Shown here: positions 12,647 through 24,459 of the stretch, one piece after another
How positions within the stretch are numbered: position 1 is the stretch's first letter
Layout: every line of letters starts with the position of its first letter
NCBI RefSeq assembly: GCF_964188315.1
Contig: NC_135663.1
Coordinates: 37,448,001-37,512,000 of the forward strand
Length of the DNA: 64,000 nt
Direction: 5' to 3'
Source: Podarcis muralis
Taxonomy: Eukaryota
The notes under the pieces: generated by a model
Told to the model about the DNA's origin: nothing
The model's input: the letters and a program-made list of their open reading frames with translations, nothing else
Database searches by the model: none
Translations under genes and position numbers: made by a program

Positions 12647-13261
12647 CAGTGGTACCCCGCAAGACGAACGCCTCAGAAGACGAAAAACTTGCTAGACGAA
12701 GGAGTTTTTCGTTTTCTTAGCCACTTCGCAAGACGCATTTCCCTATGGGCTTGCTTCGCAAAACGAAGCTTGCCCCGCAAGCTCCGGGGATAGCGGGGAA
12801 GCGCAGCGCGTCTTCCCCGCTGTCCCCGGACCTCTTTTGAAGCAAGGGGCGGCGGGGAGAAGATCACTTCTCCCCGTTGCCAGCCCCTCTCTCCCCGGAC
12901 CCCTTTTGAACCAAGGGGCGGCAACGGGGAGAAGCGATTCTCCCCGCTGCCCCTTCCCTTGCTTTAAAACAGGTCCGGGGACAGAGGGGAAGGCGCGCGC
13001 GCCTTCCCCTCTGTCCCCGGAGATTGCGGTGCAGGCAACGGGGAGAAGCAATCTTCTCCCCGCTGCCCCTTGCTTTAAACAGGTCCGGGGGCAGAGGGGA
13101 AGGCACGCACGCCTTCCCCTCTGTCCCCGGACGGTCTCCATAGGAACGCATTGATTGATTTTCAATGCATTCCTATGGGAAACCGTGCTTCGCAAGACGA
13201 AAAACTCGCAAGAAGAAAAAACTTGCGGAACGAATTAATTTCGTCTTGCGAGGCACCACTG
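12647..13261 (+). mobile_element. Family A Tigger-like MITE, second copy, different hairpin-rich interior
   Basis: Same TIRs and subterminal regions as 1909-3436, TA flanks. Interior has inverted repeats including a perfect 46-bp palindrome at 12975-13020. Confidence 0.9.
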
Positions 13262-16200
13262 TAGCTATTGCCAATGATTTGTAAATTTCTTACAGTTGTG
13301 ACAGTGATGCAATTTCAGACATATAGCTGGGCAAGGACTGTATTATATGTGGAAATGGACCACTAACTGAACATACTCCAAAGTTCTGCTGGTGAAACTG
13401 AACAGGGCAATGGAGACAAGCTGTTGCAACAACCTATTTTGATGCCAGAGGCATATACTGGAAATAGCCCAAGCTGGGCCAACTGGATCAATCACTTTGA
13501 ATGAGCTGCACACATAAATAACTGGAACGATGCCACCAAATTTGATTTCCTTGGCCTTTTACTAGAAGGCAAAGCCCAGGAGATATTTGAAGGACTAACA
13601 TAAGGGGTCTGGGAACCTACACTTCTGTCAGGAATGCTTTATATCAATCACTGGACAGAACAACAGAACCTGAGTGGAATTGAATAGTTTTTGGTAAGAG
13701 GAAAGTGGAGGAAAAGAAATCTGTCCAAGGTTTTGGATATACCCTGGCTAAGATGGCAGCATGAGGAACCTGCTGACCTGAGATCAAATTGTGGCTCATA
13801 GTTCTGAGAAGGAACTCAGAATAGTTCTACTTAAGAAGAAACTAAACGGGTTACAAGAAGATACAAAGTTAGAACAAGCCACAGAAGCAGCTGACAACAG
13901 CACAGCTCCAACAAGACAAGTGTGCGAGACCAAAACAGATGTTCAGGTACATGGAAGACATAGGGCTCAAATCTCAAAGAACTCTTTGAAGGCATGACAG
14001 CAATGCTGTGCGACATCAGTGAACTGAAAGCAGCAAGGGTCTCAACACAATCTCAAAAAGAACGAGCGAGACAAGGCCACTAGGATAAAGCATGTGCCAC
14101 TACAAGCAGGAAAGAATTACAGCGGCAGCCATGTTGGAACTGTGGCAGAACAAGTCATTTTAAACATGAGTGCCCACGGCAACATAATTGAAAGATGCCA
14201 GGAAACTTTCCAGGGTGGGAACTATGGGCCAAACTCCCACCTAGAAATCAGTACCCTTACAATGTATCTTACAGGCCAGTGAGAGCAGGCCAAAATACTA
14301 CGTTGTTACAAAAATGGATGGACTTCCATGTAATATTTTGATTGCTTCTGGAGCACAAGCTTTCCTTGTACTGTACATTCACAATTCTGGAAAAGGACAA
14401 CTAAAGGATGGTGGCAGAAACGGAAGCCTTTCCAGGGGCGATTCAAGTTCTAAACCAGACCAAGCTCAGCATCATAGAAATATCAGAGGTACCCTCATCA
14501 TGGGCACACGTCTACCTTGTGGAAGTTCAGTCACAGAAGACACATCTGGGAAGCCCTTCCCAGGGAAGCCCCTGGGAAGCCCTTTAAAATATGATGCCTT
14601 AGACAAGGCCTCTACATTATAAAGGATAGAATGTCTGTCACTACAACAATGAGGGTAAAGCAGAGATGATAAAGTTTCTGTGGAGAAGACAGTGACACTG
14701 TCCCCATGAAGTGAACTGGTTATACTTGGGATGAAAGAAAACCTCAGAGAAGGAAGGGAAGACATGCCAGACCCCATATTGCTAGGCCAACATGAGATTC
14801 TGATTGTGTGAACCACAGCCAAGAATCAGTTAGTCTGAGTCCCAGTGCAAGTGGCCAATGGGATAAGAGCCTCAAGTGTGTATCAAGACATGAATCTGTG
14901 ATCATTTCATATGGATGTGGTGGTTTATGAATATTAGGCCCTTGAGGTATTGGCAGTACAGCCAGACACTGCTATCACGCCAAGGCAGGAACACCAAGAT
15001 AACCCTCATAGGAAGACAAAGAACAGGTAGCACATAGTACACTTTGTGCAGGGACTGAGGCTGAAATAAGAGAGTGTGTCATAAAAACAATAGCAAGCAG
15101 TGAGAGGAGCTGTTGAAAGATTACAGTGATAGTTTTTCCAAAAGGGATGATGACCCGGGATGTACTGGGTTGACAAATGCCTGATCAAGGCAGGAGATAC
15201 AAGACCTGTGAGACTGGGGTAGTAGAGGATACGAGTATATTATCAGGCAGATTTCAGTCAGCAACTGCAGCAGATGATGGAACCAAGAAACATCCATTAA
15301 GTCCCCGAGCTGCAGCAGAAGTCTTGGTAAGGAACAAAGATGGGAGAATTCAAATATATGTATGGATTTTCAACAGCTAAGCAATATTACTGTGAAAGAG
15401 GCCTATCCTCTCCCAATGATTGCCCTGTGGAAGGTCTGGAATGGGATGTTTTTAATGCATTTCTTTCCTCCTGGTTTTAATGTATAGATGTGGCGTTTAT
15501 TTGGTTGTAAGTCGCTTTGGGTTGCCCTGGGCAAGATAAAGCAACTGAACAATTTAATAAATTAAAAACACACAAATAAACCATTATCAGCCTAATCAGT
15601 GAAGTGCTGAACCAGACAGAATTTTGATCTGACTCCAGCAAAGTTATTCTTATATTCCATGCATTTGTGGGTGGCACTCTGACCCACTGTGATGTGTTCT
15701 ATTGGATTGGATCACACTCTAGACCTGCTTGGAAGTGCCTGTTTCTTCTCTACCCTGGATTTGGCCAATGGTGACTGGCAAACAGAGGTACATCCTAATG
15801 ACCGACCCAAGACAGCATTCACCATGAAGCACAATTTAATGCTTTGCCCTTTGGACTCTGCAGTGCTCCAGTTATGTTTCAAAGATTGATGGAAGTTGTC
15901 TTGGCAGACCTACAGGGCACATATCGTCTGGTTTACCTTGATGACATAATTGTCATTGGAATATCTTTTGAAGAACATCTGCAGAAAATGAGAGCAATAC
16001 TAGAGAATCTTTGTCAAGCTAACTTAAAGGTGAAACCAGCAAAATATAATTTGTTCTGTGATGAAGCACCTAGACCAAGATGCAATAGGAACGGACTCTG
16101 ACAAAGCAACTAGAAGCAACCGAGTCTCAGCCAACATCACACTCAGTTGCTGAGAAACAGAGTTTTGCTGATCTACTTGCATACTATAGAAGATTTATTG

Positions 16201-17142
16201 CTAACTTTGGCACTGTTGCCCAGCCATTACACAAATTGTCAGACAAGGGGCAAAAGTTGCAGGGGACCACAGCCAGCCAAGAAGTGTTCCTAGAGTTAAA
16301 GCAAAGGCTCATGTCTGCACCAATTCTGGCTTACCCAGACCTCCAGCTAACATTTATCCTGGATACAGACGCCAGTGTCAGGTATTGCTGTGGTCCAACT
16401 AGCACAGTACGATGCTGATATGAAGGGAGTGGTTGCATATGCTAGGAAGGTGCCCATCAAAGTGGAAAGGAACTACCTCACTACAAAGAAAGACCCGCTA
16501 GTTGTAGTGATATTTACTAAGCATTTTCGTTTCCTCTTGGTAAAATAATGCCTGCTAAGGGCAGGTCGCAATTCACTTTGATGGCTTCATAACTTCTACG
16601 GGCCACAGGGACAGTTGCTGTGCTGGCTTGAGCACCTGGCTCTGTTCCAGTTCCAGTACCAGATTGCACATCACCCAGGAAAACAACACACAAATTCTGA
16701 TGCTCTGTCAGGCATTGATAATCCCAACAAGAACTCTGAGGCTGAGAGATAACATGTTGATAATTTAATCATAACTCTGACACTAGAAGGAACCACTGCT
16801 GAAAATGAAGGAGGAATCTTGCTAGAACCACCGCCTTCAAAGAAGTCCAAGTCTTGTATCTAGTGTCATGACTGACTCCTTAAGCACTGCTGGGCTCAGG
16901 TATGCAGTGGCAAGCTGAGACAGACAAAGGAGGAGAACAGAAGGATGACATGGTGGGAGTTGAGACAAGGGGAACAGAGGCTGGGAGCTGAGGTAGGTGT
17001 TCTCCTCTTCCAGGATATGGCTGCTCTGGATGGGAAGACAGGACTCCCACAAACTAGCCTATCTACTAGCCTGGATGGTCCACAACAGTTAAGGATGGGG
17101 TGAAATCATAAAATACATGCAATCCTTGTAATCACGAAACTA

Positions 17143-17341
17143 CAGTCTTACCTTGCGTTAAGAACTTAATTCGTTCTGGAGGTCTGTTCTTAACCTGAAA
17201 CTGTTCTTAACCTGAGGTACCACTTTAGCTAATGGGGCCTCCCACTGCCGCCACATGATTTGTGTTCTCATCCTGAAGCAAAGTTCTTAACCCAAGGTAC
17301 TATTTCTGGGTTAGCAGAGTCTGTAACCTGAGGTACCACTG
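17143..17341 (+). mobile_element. Tigger-like MITE family B
   Basis: TA-flanked, ends AACCTGAGGTACCACTG, homologous to 25644-25852 and 46435-46660. Confidence 0.85.
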
Positions 17342-17545
17342 TACTTCTGTTATAGCCATAGCTCCCACAGTGCTCAAACAAGCAAGTAGTCCTCAATAAA
17401 TATTCTGGGATAGCAGATCATTGTCTAAGTGGGCAGAGACACACTTTCTGCCTGACCAAGAAGCTCAAATAGTCTCTAAAGTATTTGTAGAACTGTTGGT
17501 TTGCCACTATGGTAATCCATATTACCATCTGCACATGCCCAGAGC

Positions 17546-17760
17546 AGGGGTCGGCAACCTGTAGCCCATGAGGGTCGTTTAAACGGCCCTCGAGCTGCCC
17601 CTGAACCGAGCCATCCACTCGGCGAGCCCCCACACACTGTGCTAAACAGGTGCAGCACGGAGTGGGGACTCGCTTCCGTGGCACCAGAAATCGCGTCTGC
17701 ACATGCCCAGACGCCGAAAACCATGTCTGCGCAGTCACAGACGCCAAAAATCTGATAAAA
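17546..17760 (+). mobile_element. Truncated hAT/Charlie-type non-autonomous element
   Basis: Starts CAGGGGTCGGCAACC (Charlie-type TIR), CpG-rich body, no matching right TIR found. Confidence 0.55.
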
Positions 17761-17794
17761 CCCCCACCCTCCCATCCCACTATATATAAGGGTC

Positions 17795-17950
17795 TAGTGA
17801 CTTCTGTTTCAGTGTATCTGAAGAAGTGTGCATGAACACGAAAGCTTATACCCAGAACAAACTTAGTTGGTCTCTAAGGTGCTACTGGACAATATATATT
17901 TTTTAATCTATTTTGACTGCGTTAGACCAACACGGCTACCTACCTGAATC
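17795..17950 (+). mobile_element. Penelope-like element terminal fragment
   Basis: CTGAAGAAGTGTGCATGAACACGAAAGCTTATAC ... TTAGTTGGTCTCTAAGGTGCTAC matches the characteristic reptile Penelope/Poseidon pLTR sequence as I recall it. Confidence 0.75.
17814..17851 (+). ncRNA. Minimal type I hammerhead ribozyme motif
   Basis: GTAT (stem I), CTGAAGA core 17818-17824, A, GTGT/ACAC stem II, GAAA 17840-17843, GCTT (palindromic AGCT stem III and cleavage triplet), ATAC (stem I). Confidence 0.7.
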
Positions 17951-19469
17951 TAGGTGAAAGCGGTTCATGTTCTCCTTACTCCTGTCTCACTTATCAAGGG
18001 TGAAATTTTGAATCATGTGTATTCTACAAGAACTGCAACGTACTTGAGATAAGGAAAACCTGCACCGTGCCCTACCATTCAGATGGGCTACCAGAACACT
18101 TGAATCTCTCACTGACAGCTATGTTGTTATCTTTTGTGCAGTACTGGGACAGAATGCTCCCCTATGTCATGATGGCCTACAGATCTATTGTGCAGTCATC
18201 CACGTGCCACATACCATATATAGTAATGTTTGGAAATGAGACTACTTTCCCCATAGAATTGTTGAATGGAGCAGATGTACCGGTAAAATATACAAACCCT
18301 ACGCATATTTACTGAATTAGTTGATATTTTTAGCACTGTAAGCCCAGCAGTGAAGCTCTATCAGCATAAAGTCACACAGAGGCAAAAGGAGCACTATAAT
18401 CATGCATAGCAAGTGAGGGAGTGTCTGAGGCAAGAACCAGAGAAAGTGGAAACATCTAACTGTTACGCTGCAGCAAAAATACAGAGGTTCATACACAAAA
18501 GTTTAGCAGAGTGTCAACCATTGCCAGTTCTAGGTGGGAATAGCTTTGTCCTATATTAAAATGGACTCAAACCATACCAGGGCCCTGATCCTGCAGAACA
18601 ACAGGTCAACAGCTTGCCACAAAATCAATGTACCGGCCAAATAAATTTTTCTCACTGACAAAACCAGTTCTCAGAGATGCAAAGAAGTTAAGACATCAAT
18701 GTCTTATACTCATGCACAAACTTTGTAGATGGCAGATTCAGAAGACGACACCATACCTTGCAAAGTCAATGAATCAAGGGAGTGAGTTCCATAGATGGGA
18801 GAATACAGCTACATCTGAAGTGGAACCATCAATGCAGGAGAATAAGCAACTGGTTCAGGATTCTTTAGGGCCCCCGAGACAAATAGAACTAAACAATTGC
18901 AGCAAGAGCACAGAGCACCCTGCTGAGTTGAGGACTATCATTTGGATTAGCTGGATGTAAGAATTAGACTCCCCACCTCCCAAAAGGGAGGGTAATGTAA
19001 TGTAATGTAATGGGACTGTGGAGCATTGGGAACACCTGTAGCTCTGACCTAAGAAGGGTTGACTTGCTGGAAAAGGGACGGCAAGAGGCAGACAGAAACA
19101 GAAAAGGAACAACAGCCTAGGAGTGTGTCTGAGAGGGCTGATGAAGCACCAATGGGGACTCACGAGGTGGAGAAGATTCTTAGAAGGAAATTGTTGCTAG
19201 ATAAAGTGACTCTGTATGAAAGGCCCTTGAAAAAAGGCAAGTCTGCTGTTAGATGGATACACAGCAGCCTGGGCTGCTGCACATTTAACCAAATTATTGT
19301 ATGCCACCCCCTGGAGGTGGCTGCAAATTTCCCTGTTACTCCATGAAATCAAGTTATTTCGTAACTACATGTCACTGTGAGTGCCAGCACCCACCAGGAC
19401 AGGTACAGAAACAAACTAACACTGAAGGGCCTTCAGCACCTGCTTCCAGCCCTGATTATACCTATACAC

Positions 19470-19827
19470 TAAAGGTAAAGGTAAAGGGACCCCTGACCAT
19501 TAGGTCCAGTCGTGACCGACTCTGGGGTTGCGGCGCTCATCTCGCTTTATTGGCCGAGGGAGCCGGCGTACAGCTTCCAGGTCATGTGGTCAGCATGACT
19601 AAGCCGCTTCTGGCGAACCAGAGCAGCACACGGAAACGCCGTTTACCTTCCCACCGGAGCGGTACCTATTTATCTACTTGCACTTTGACGTGCTTTCAAA
19701 CTGCTAGGTTGGCAGGAGCAGGGACCGAGCAACGGGAGCTCACCCTGTCGCGGGGATTCGAACCGCCGGCCTTCTGATCGGCAAGCCCTAGGCTCTGTGG
19801 TTTAACCCACAGCGCCACCTGCGTCCC
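19470..19827 (-). mobile_element. Sauria SINE (Squam1), inserted in the Gypsy 3' LTR
   Basis: Reverse-complement head GGGACGCAGGTGGCGCTGTGGGTTAAACC, (ACCTTT)n tail, TSD CCTATACAC/CCTACACAC. Homologous to 59264-59636. Confidence 0.95.
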
Positions 19828-20652
19828 TACACACAGTGATGTGTAAATTCATTAGACTACCAATGTACAGCAAGGAGCCTTGGTTGGAAGACACTGATCC
19901 CAAATTTGCATTGAATATGGCAGCTTGTGGCTCCACCCTGGCTCCAATATAAATCCATGTATATGACGTCAGAACAAAAAGTGCTCCTGGGAGTGTTCAC
20001 TATAATTATTTTTAAAATGTTCATTTTAAATGTTGAAACCTGGTTCATTCATAGTTGGACAGACTTAGAGTAAACCTACTGAAATTGAACAGCCATAAAA
20101 CATAACTTTTGGCCCATTGATTTCTTGGGTCTACTTGAAGCATTACTAGGTCTGGTTTCAACTGTCTACTTCTGCTTTTATGCTGTGATTGTTGTTTTAT
20201 GATATTCTAATTTAATACTGCATCTCCTATTTTATGTTTGCAAGCCATCAAGATTAATGTTATTGGGCAGCTTCTATAAAACCTATAAATAAATCTAAGC
20301 CCATATCTGGCTTCAGAGTGCTGGACAACAGGATCCTAGCAAAATTAGATGGTTGTCCTCTTTATCTCCATCTGTGACAAACAACATGAAGAATGGGCAA
20401 ACAGCATCATATACTACACAATTTTTCTTTAAAAGAACCAAGCCTAAAAGTTTTATATCAATATTTAAATGGTCATGAGGCAGCAAAACTTAATTCAAAT
20501 CTTTACAGGCTAGCAGTATCATCTGCACAGAACCATTCCATTTAGATTCTGAATGTGTGCAGAGGTCTTATATCAAGGTCTTATACCAAGGCCTTATACC
20601 AAGGTCTTATACCTTGGTATAAAAAGGCCTTGGTACCTTGGTCTTATACCAA

Positions 20653-20969
20653 GGCCATATTCACACAATAAATTCAAAGCACTATGATACCACTTTATAA
20701 ACAGTCATGGCTTCCTCCAAAGAATTCTGAGAGATGTAGTTCATTATGGGTGATGAGAATTGTTAGGAGACCCTAATTCCTTTTCCAGAGCTATAATTTC
20801 CAGAGTGGTTTAACAATCAATATCTCTTCACAAGGAACATGCAATTGTAGCTCAGGGAGGGGGTCTCCTTCAACACCCTTAAACTACAACTCCCAGAATT
20901 CTTTGGGTCAAGTCATGACCTTTTAAAATGGTATCATACTGCTTTAAATGTATGGCTGTGAATGTGGCC
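20653..20969. mobile_element. Foldback MITE, PIF/Harbinger-like
   Basis: Long arm-to-arm inverted symmetry, ends GGCCATATTCAC and GTGAATGTGGCC, 3-bp TSD CAA. Related copies or halves at about 300-475, 29045-29285 and 40375-40560. Confidence 0.7.
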
Positions 20970-23097
20970 CAAGTCAGAACTTTGGTCCAACCAGCAGAAG
21001 CTCGCCAGGATTTGAGACTGGAAACTTTCCCATCCCTACCTGGAGCTGCCATGTAGTTTGGACCTTTTACACGTGTATGCATGCATAGGAACCAACTCCT
21101 AGGAGCCGAGGTTCTTTTGCCCACCCCCAATAAAACATTAAAATGGTGTGTGTGCACTGCATCCTGTGATTGATTATGCGGGGCAGGGCTTACCTGCCTC
21201 CCCACAAAATTTTATTCAAGTTGGCACCCCGGTTGCATGTACTCTAGTATTGAGCTATGGATGTTTCCCCATTGGCATCATTAAAATCTAATTTACAATC
21301 TGAGGATGAAAATACAAATCTATATTTCAGAGAGAGAAAATGCCCAACTGTCATGCATCATGTAATGTTTGAAATCTGTGTGCGCGCACTATTTTCTTAT
21401 ATACTGTCTATACTGTACAATCTTTTTCCTTTAAAAAAACCAACAACAGTTACAGCTACAGCATTTGATTTACAGTATCTTGCTCAAGAAACCACGCAAC
21501 AGAAAGTGGTCACACTGGAAACCAGACCCAGCATCATTATTTACAAAGTAAGTGAAGAGTTTGACATCACATGGCTTTACAAAGCCTTATGCTACAAGCC
21601 CTTTTGCCTTCCAAAAAGTCCTCATTTGTAGGTCATGCTCTCATTATCTAGTTCTGGGATCTGTTTTGATTCAATTACAGAAAATTACTAATAGTTTATT
21701 CCGAACTGACCAGCTCTTCCTAACCCTTCTGTTTTATATCTGTTCTTAATCCCTTCTCCCACTCCTGCCTTTGACATGCAAGGGAGGGAACTACATTTAC
21801 AAATTGGTGATGATTTTGTCATTCATTCAAAGAATACATTCTGTTCTGTTTCCCTGGACACAGTTGTTCCTCTTATTGGGGTTGTTTATAGAGTCAGCAC
21901 TTGAACTTTACCTCAATTTGCATCTCTACCATATCCCAAACGCCATTCAAAGGAAAATAGGTGTGTATTTGAAATCAATGGGCATTTTACATTACCAAGC
22001 CCTTGTTAATCAGAAATGACTATATGGCTTTGGACAGACATATAATTTCTAACAAGAGAAGAGTGGAAGATATGGGTTTGAGCTACCTCAAAGTACTTTA
22101 TTTATGTAGCCACAATAATCAAAAGTAGGTTGAGGGTTGAGAAAATAAGGGTCAATAGTTTTAGGTAATTTAATGCACAACATCCACTGTTTGCACTAAA
22201 AAGGGGGAGGAGAGAAATTCACCAAACTCACTCAATGACTGTGATAGTAATGGAATTATTAACTCAATCACACTTAGACTAACAATTTTCTCTGCATGCA
22301 TCTTCTTATCAGAAATTAACTGTATCATGACTTACTACAACAGTTAAACAGTGAAAATAACATACAGATATTCCCCTTGTACACCTTCATACCTCTCAGC
22401 AAGGTTCTCAAAACTATTAAGAACTGGCACAAGCTAAACTTGGGGCAAATGAAAGTAACTTTGTGGTTGTGGATGAAGACTCAGCTGACATAAGGAGTCT
22501 TTAGGAAATTCCCAATACTGTAAGCAAATTTGTTTGAAAGAAAGATGGGGCTTCTCAAAAAGTAGGTAGTGGTTTCTACGTGCTTCGGGTGGGAGTCTCT
22601 AGGCAAACAGAAGTATAGAAGTTTGTAAATTACAAGGAAGAAACCCGTTTTTAAAAGAAATCAAAACTACCTAAGAAGGGGTTAGGGAGAGGAGGGGATT
22701 GGTTTGCTCAAGCCCATTAACAGCCTGTAGGGGTCATACTGGAGTGCAAGTAAAAAACTTGAACTGTTTTGATCTGTTTTATGGTTCTCTTTTGCAGGCT
22801 ATCTTGAAGATCTAGCTCAATAAAAAAAAAATTTAAATCGTCAAAAACTCCTCTTCCTGCACCAATATAAAGGTGTACCCTAAAGGGGGTGGGCTGCAGG
22901 CCCCACTTGTATTATATTTCAATAGTATGCAGTATGCATTAATCCAAAAATAAAAGTGTCAAAAATGCAAGCTCAATTCCCTCCTGGTTTCTGGGATGAT
23001 GTACAAGAATCCAGAGGTTCCCCAGAGGCTTTGTCATTGTAGGTTGTAATGTTTATGCCCAGCAGCCTCCTGCATCAACATGGTATAATGATATTAT

Positions 23098-23238
23098 NNN
23101 NNNNNNNNNNNNNNNNNNNNNNNNNNNNNNNNNNNNNNNNNNNNNNNNNNNNNNNNNNNNNNNNNNNNNNNNNNNNNNNNNNNNNNNNNNNNNNNNNNNN
23201 NNNNNNNNNNNNNNNNNNNNNNNNNNNNNNNNNNNNNN
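23098..23238. other. Assembly gap (141 N)
   Basis: Run of N. Confidence 1.
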
Positions 23239-24188
23239 AAGGAAGGTTTGGGACTTGTGTCAGGGATCCCAACAGATCTAGAAGGCCTCAGTTCCGCAGC
23301 AATTCCATCACGGGCAACACCATAAATCTATCACCTAATTATTTCTGAAATTTCATCTCTAATTGATGATATGGTGTTTGTACAGCATTGTTGCCTCACT
23401 GCTGGGGCTTTGTACGCACCATTAATCAAAACAGGAAAATCTTTCAAGTACATTAGAAGCCTTTTATTTTTCGGAACCCCAGTTTATTTCTTGTGCTCAA
23501 TCTTCTATATAACAATTTTATATATATTAGTGAGACACACATGGGTACTGACTCTTTATACTAATTATATGCTTTTAAAAATAATTACACACATTCCTTT
23601 GGATTGATATATTTGTTTCCCTCCTTTGACTATTGTCGATTACGGGGGGTAGCCTTGCTACAGGTTTGCTTTGTGAGCTCCCTAATTTCACTTACCGGTA
23701 CATGTTCTCGATATCCTACAGTAATTATAATGGTTACAAATAATTATACATGAGCGATAAACCCTTTGCAGTAGTAAAGGATACCATTCATACAGCAGTC
23801 ATATGCTTTCCCTACCTCTGAACCACTGAGAGAGACAGAGAGAGAGAGGTCATGAAAAATCTCTAAGCAGTTTACATAAAATATATACGCCACAAGTTTT
23901 ATCATCCCTACCACAAAAGTAAGGTATACAACGTTTTAACCAAAGTCTGAACACAGCCACTTCACCAAGTGCATATAAAGCCTGCACAGAATGACCAAAT
24001 ATCCCCAGCGGTATTGAAAGAGCACTTGTAGTATTCTTTTTTCAATGGTCCTACCAAGTATTTGTAAAGTACTTTTATTTATCACTCCAAAGACTTGTAT
24101 GTATTATCTTAACAAGGATCCTGTAAGGAAGCTCAGAAAGAATTGAAAGTACAGTACTGAATCCTGGTGCCATAAGCATATACACGTA

Positions 24189-24459
24189 CAGTGGTGCCTC
24201 GCAAGACAAAATTAATCCGTTCCGCGAGTCTCTTCGTCTTGCGGTTTTGTCGTCTTGCGAAGCACGGCTATTAGCGGCTTAGCGGCTATTAACGGCTTTA
24301 AGAAAAAGGAAACAAACTCGCAAGAACTCGCAAGACGTTTCGTCTTGCGAAGGAAGCCCATAGGGAAATTCGTCTTGCGGAACGACTCAAAAAACGGAAA
24401 ACCCTTTCGTCTAGTGAGTTTTTCGTCTTGCGAGGCATTCGTCTTGCAGGGCACCACTG
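24189..24459 (-). mobile_element. Family A Tigger-like MITE, short inverted copy without hairpin cargo
   Basis: TA|CAGTGGTGCCTCGCAAGAC ... GTCTTGCAGGGCACCACTG|TA. Same ends, short unrelated interior. Confidence 0.85.

Larger units (their letters stand above)
12180..19860 (+). mobile_element. Degraded full-length Gypsy/Ty3 LTR retrotransposon with multiple nested insertions
   Basis: gag-like PILMPEAYTGNSPSWANWINHFE (about 13433). CCHC knuckle CWNCGRTSHFKHEC (14132-14173). Protease-like ILIASGA (about 14330). RT with FSTLDL, MPFGL and YLDD (15934-15945). RNase H APILAYPD..FILDTDAS. Integrase PYHSDG..WDRMLPYVMMAYRS (about 18070). PPT at 18982-18992. Diverged LTR pair (about 12180-13294 and 18996-19856). 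Degenerate tRNA-Leu-type PBS at about 13296-13313. Many stops and frameshifts. Confidence 0.9.
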
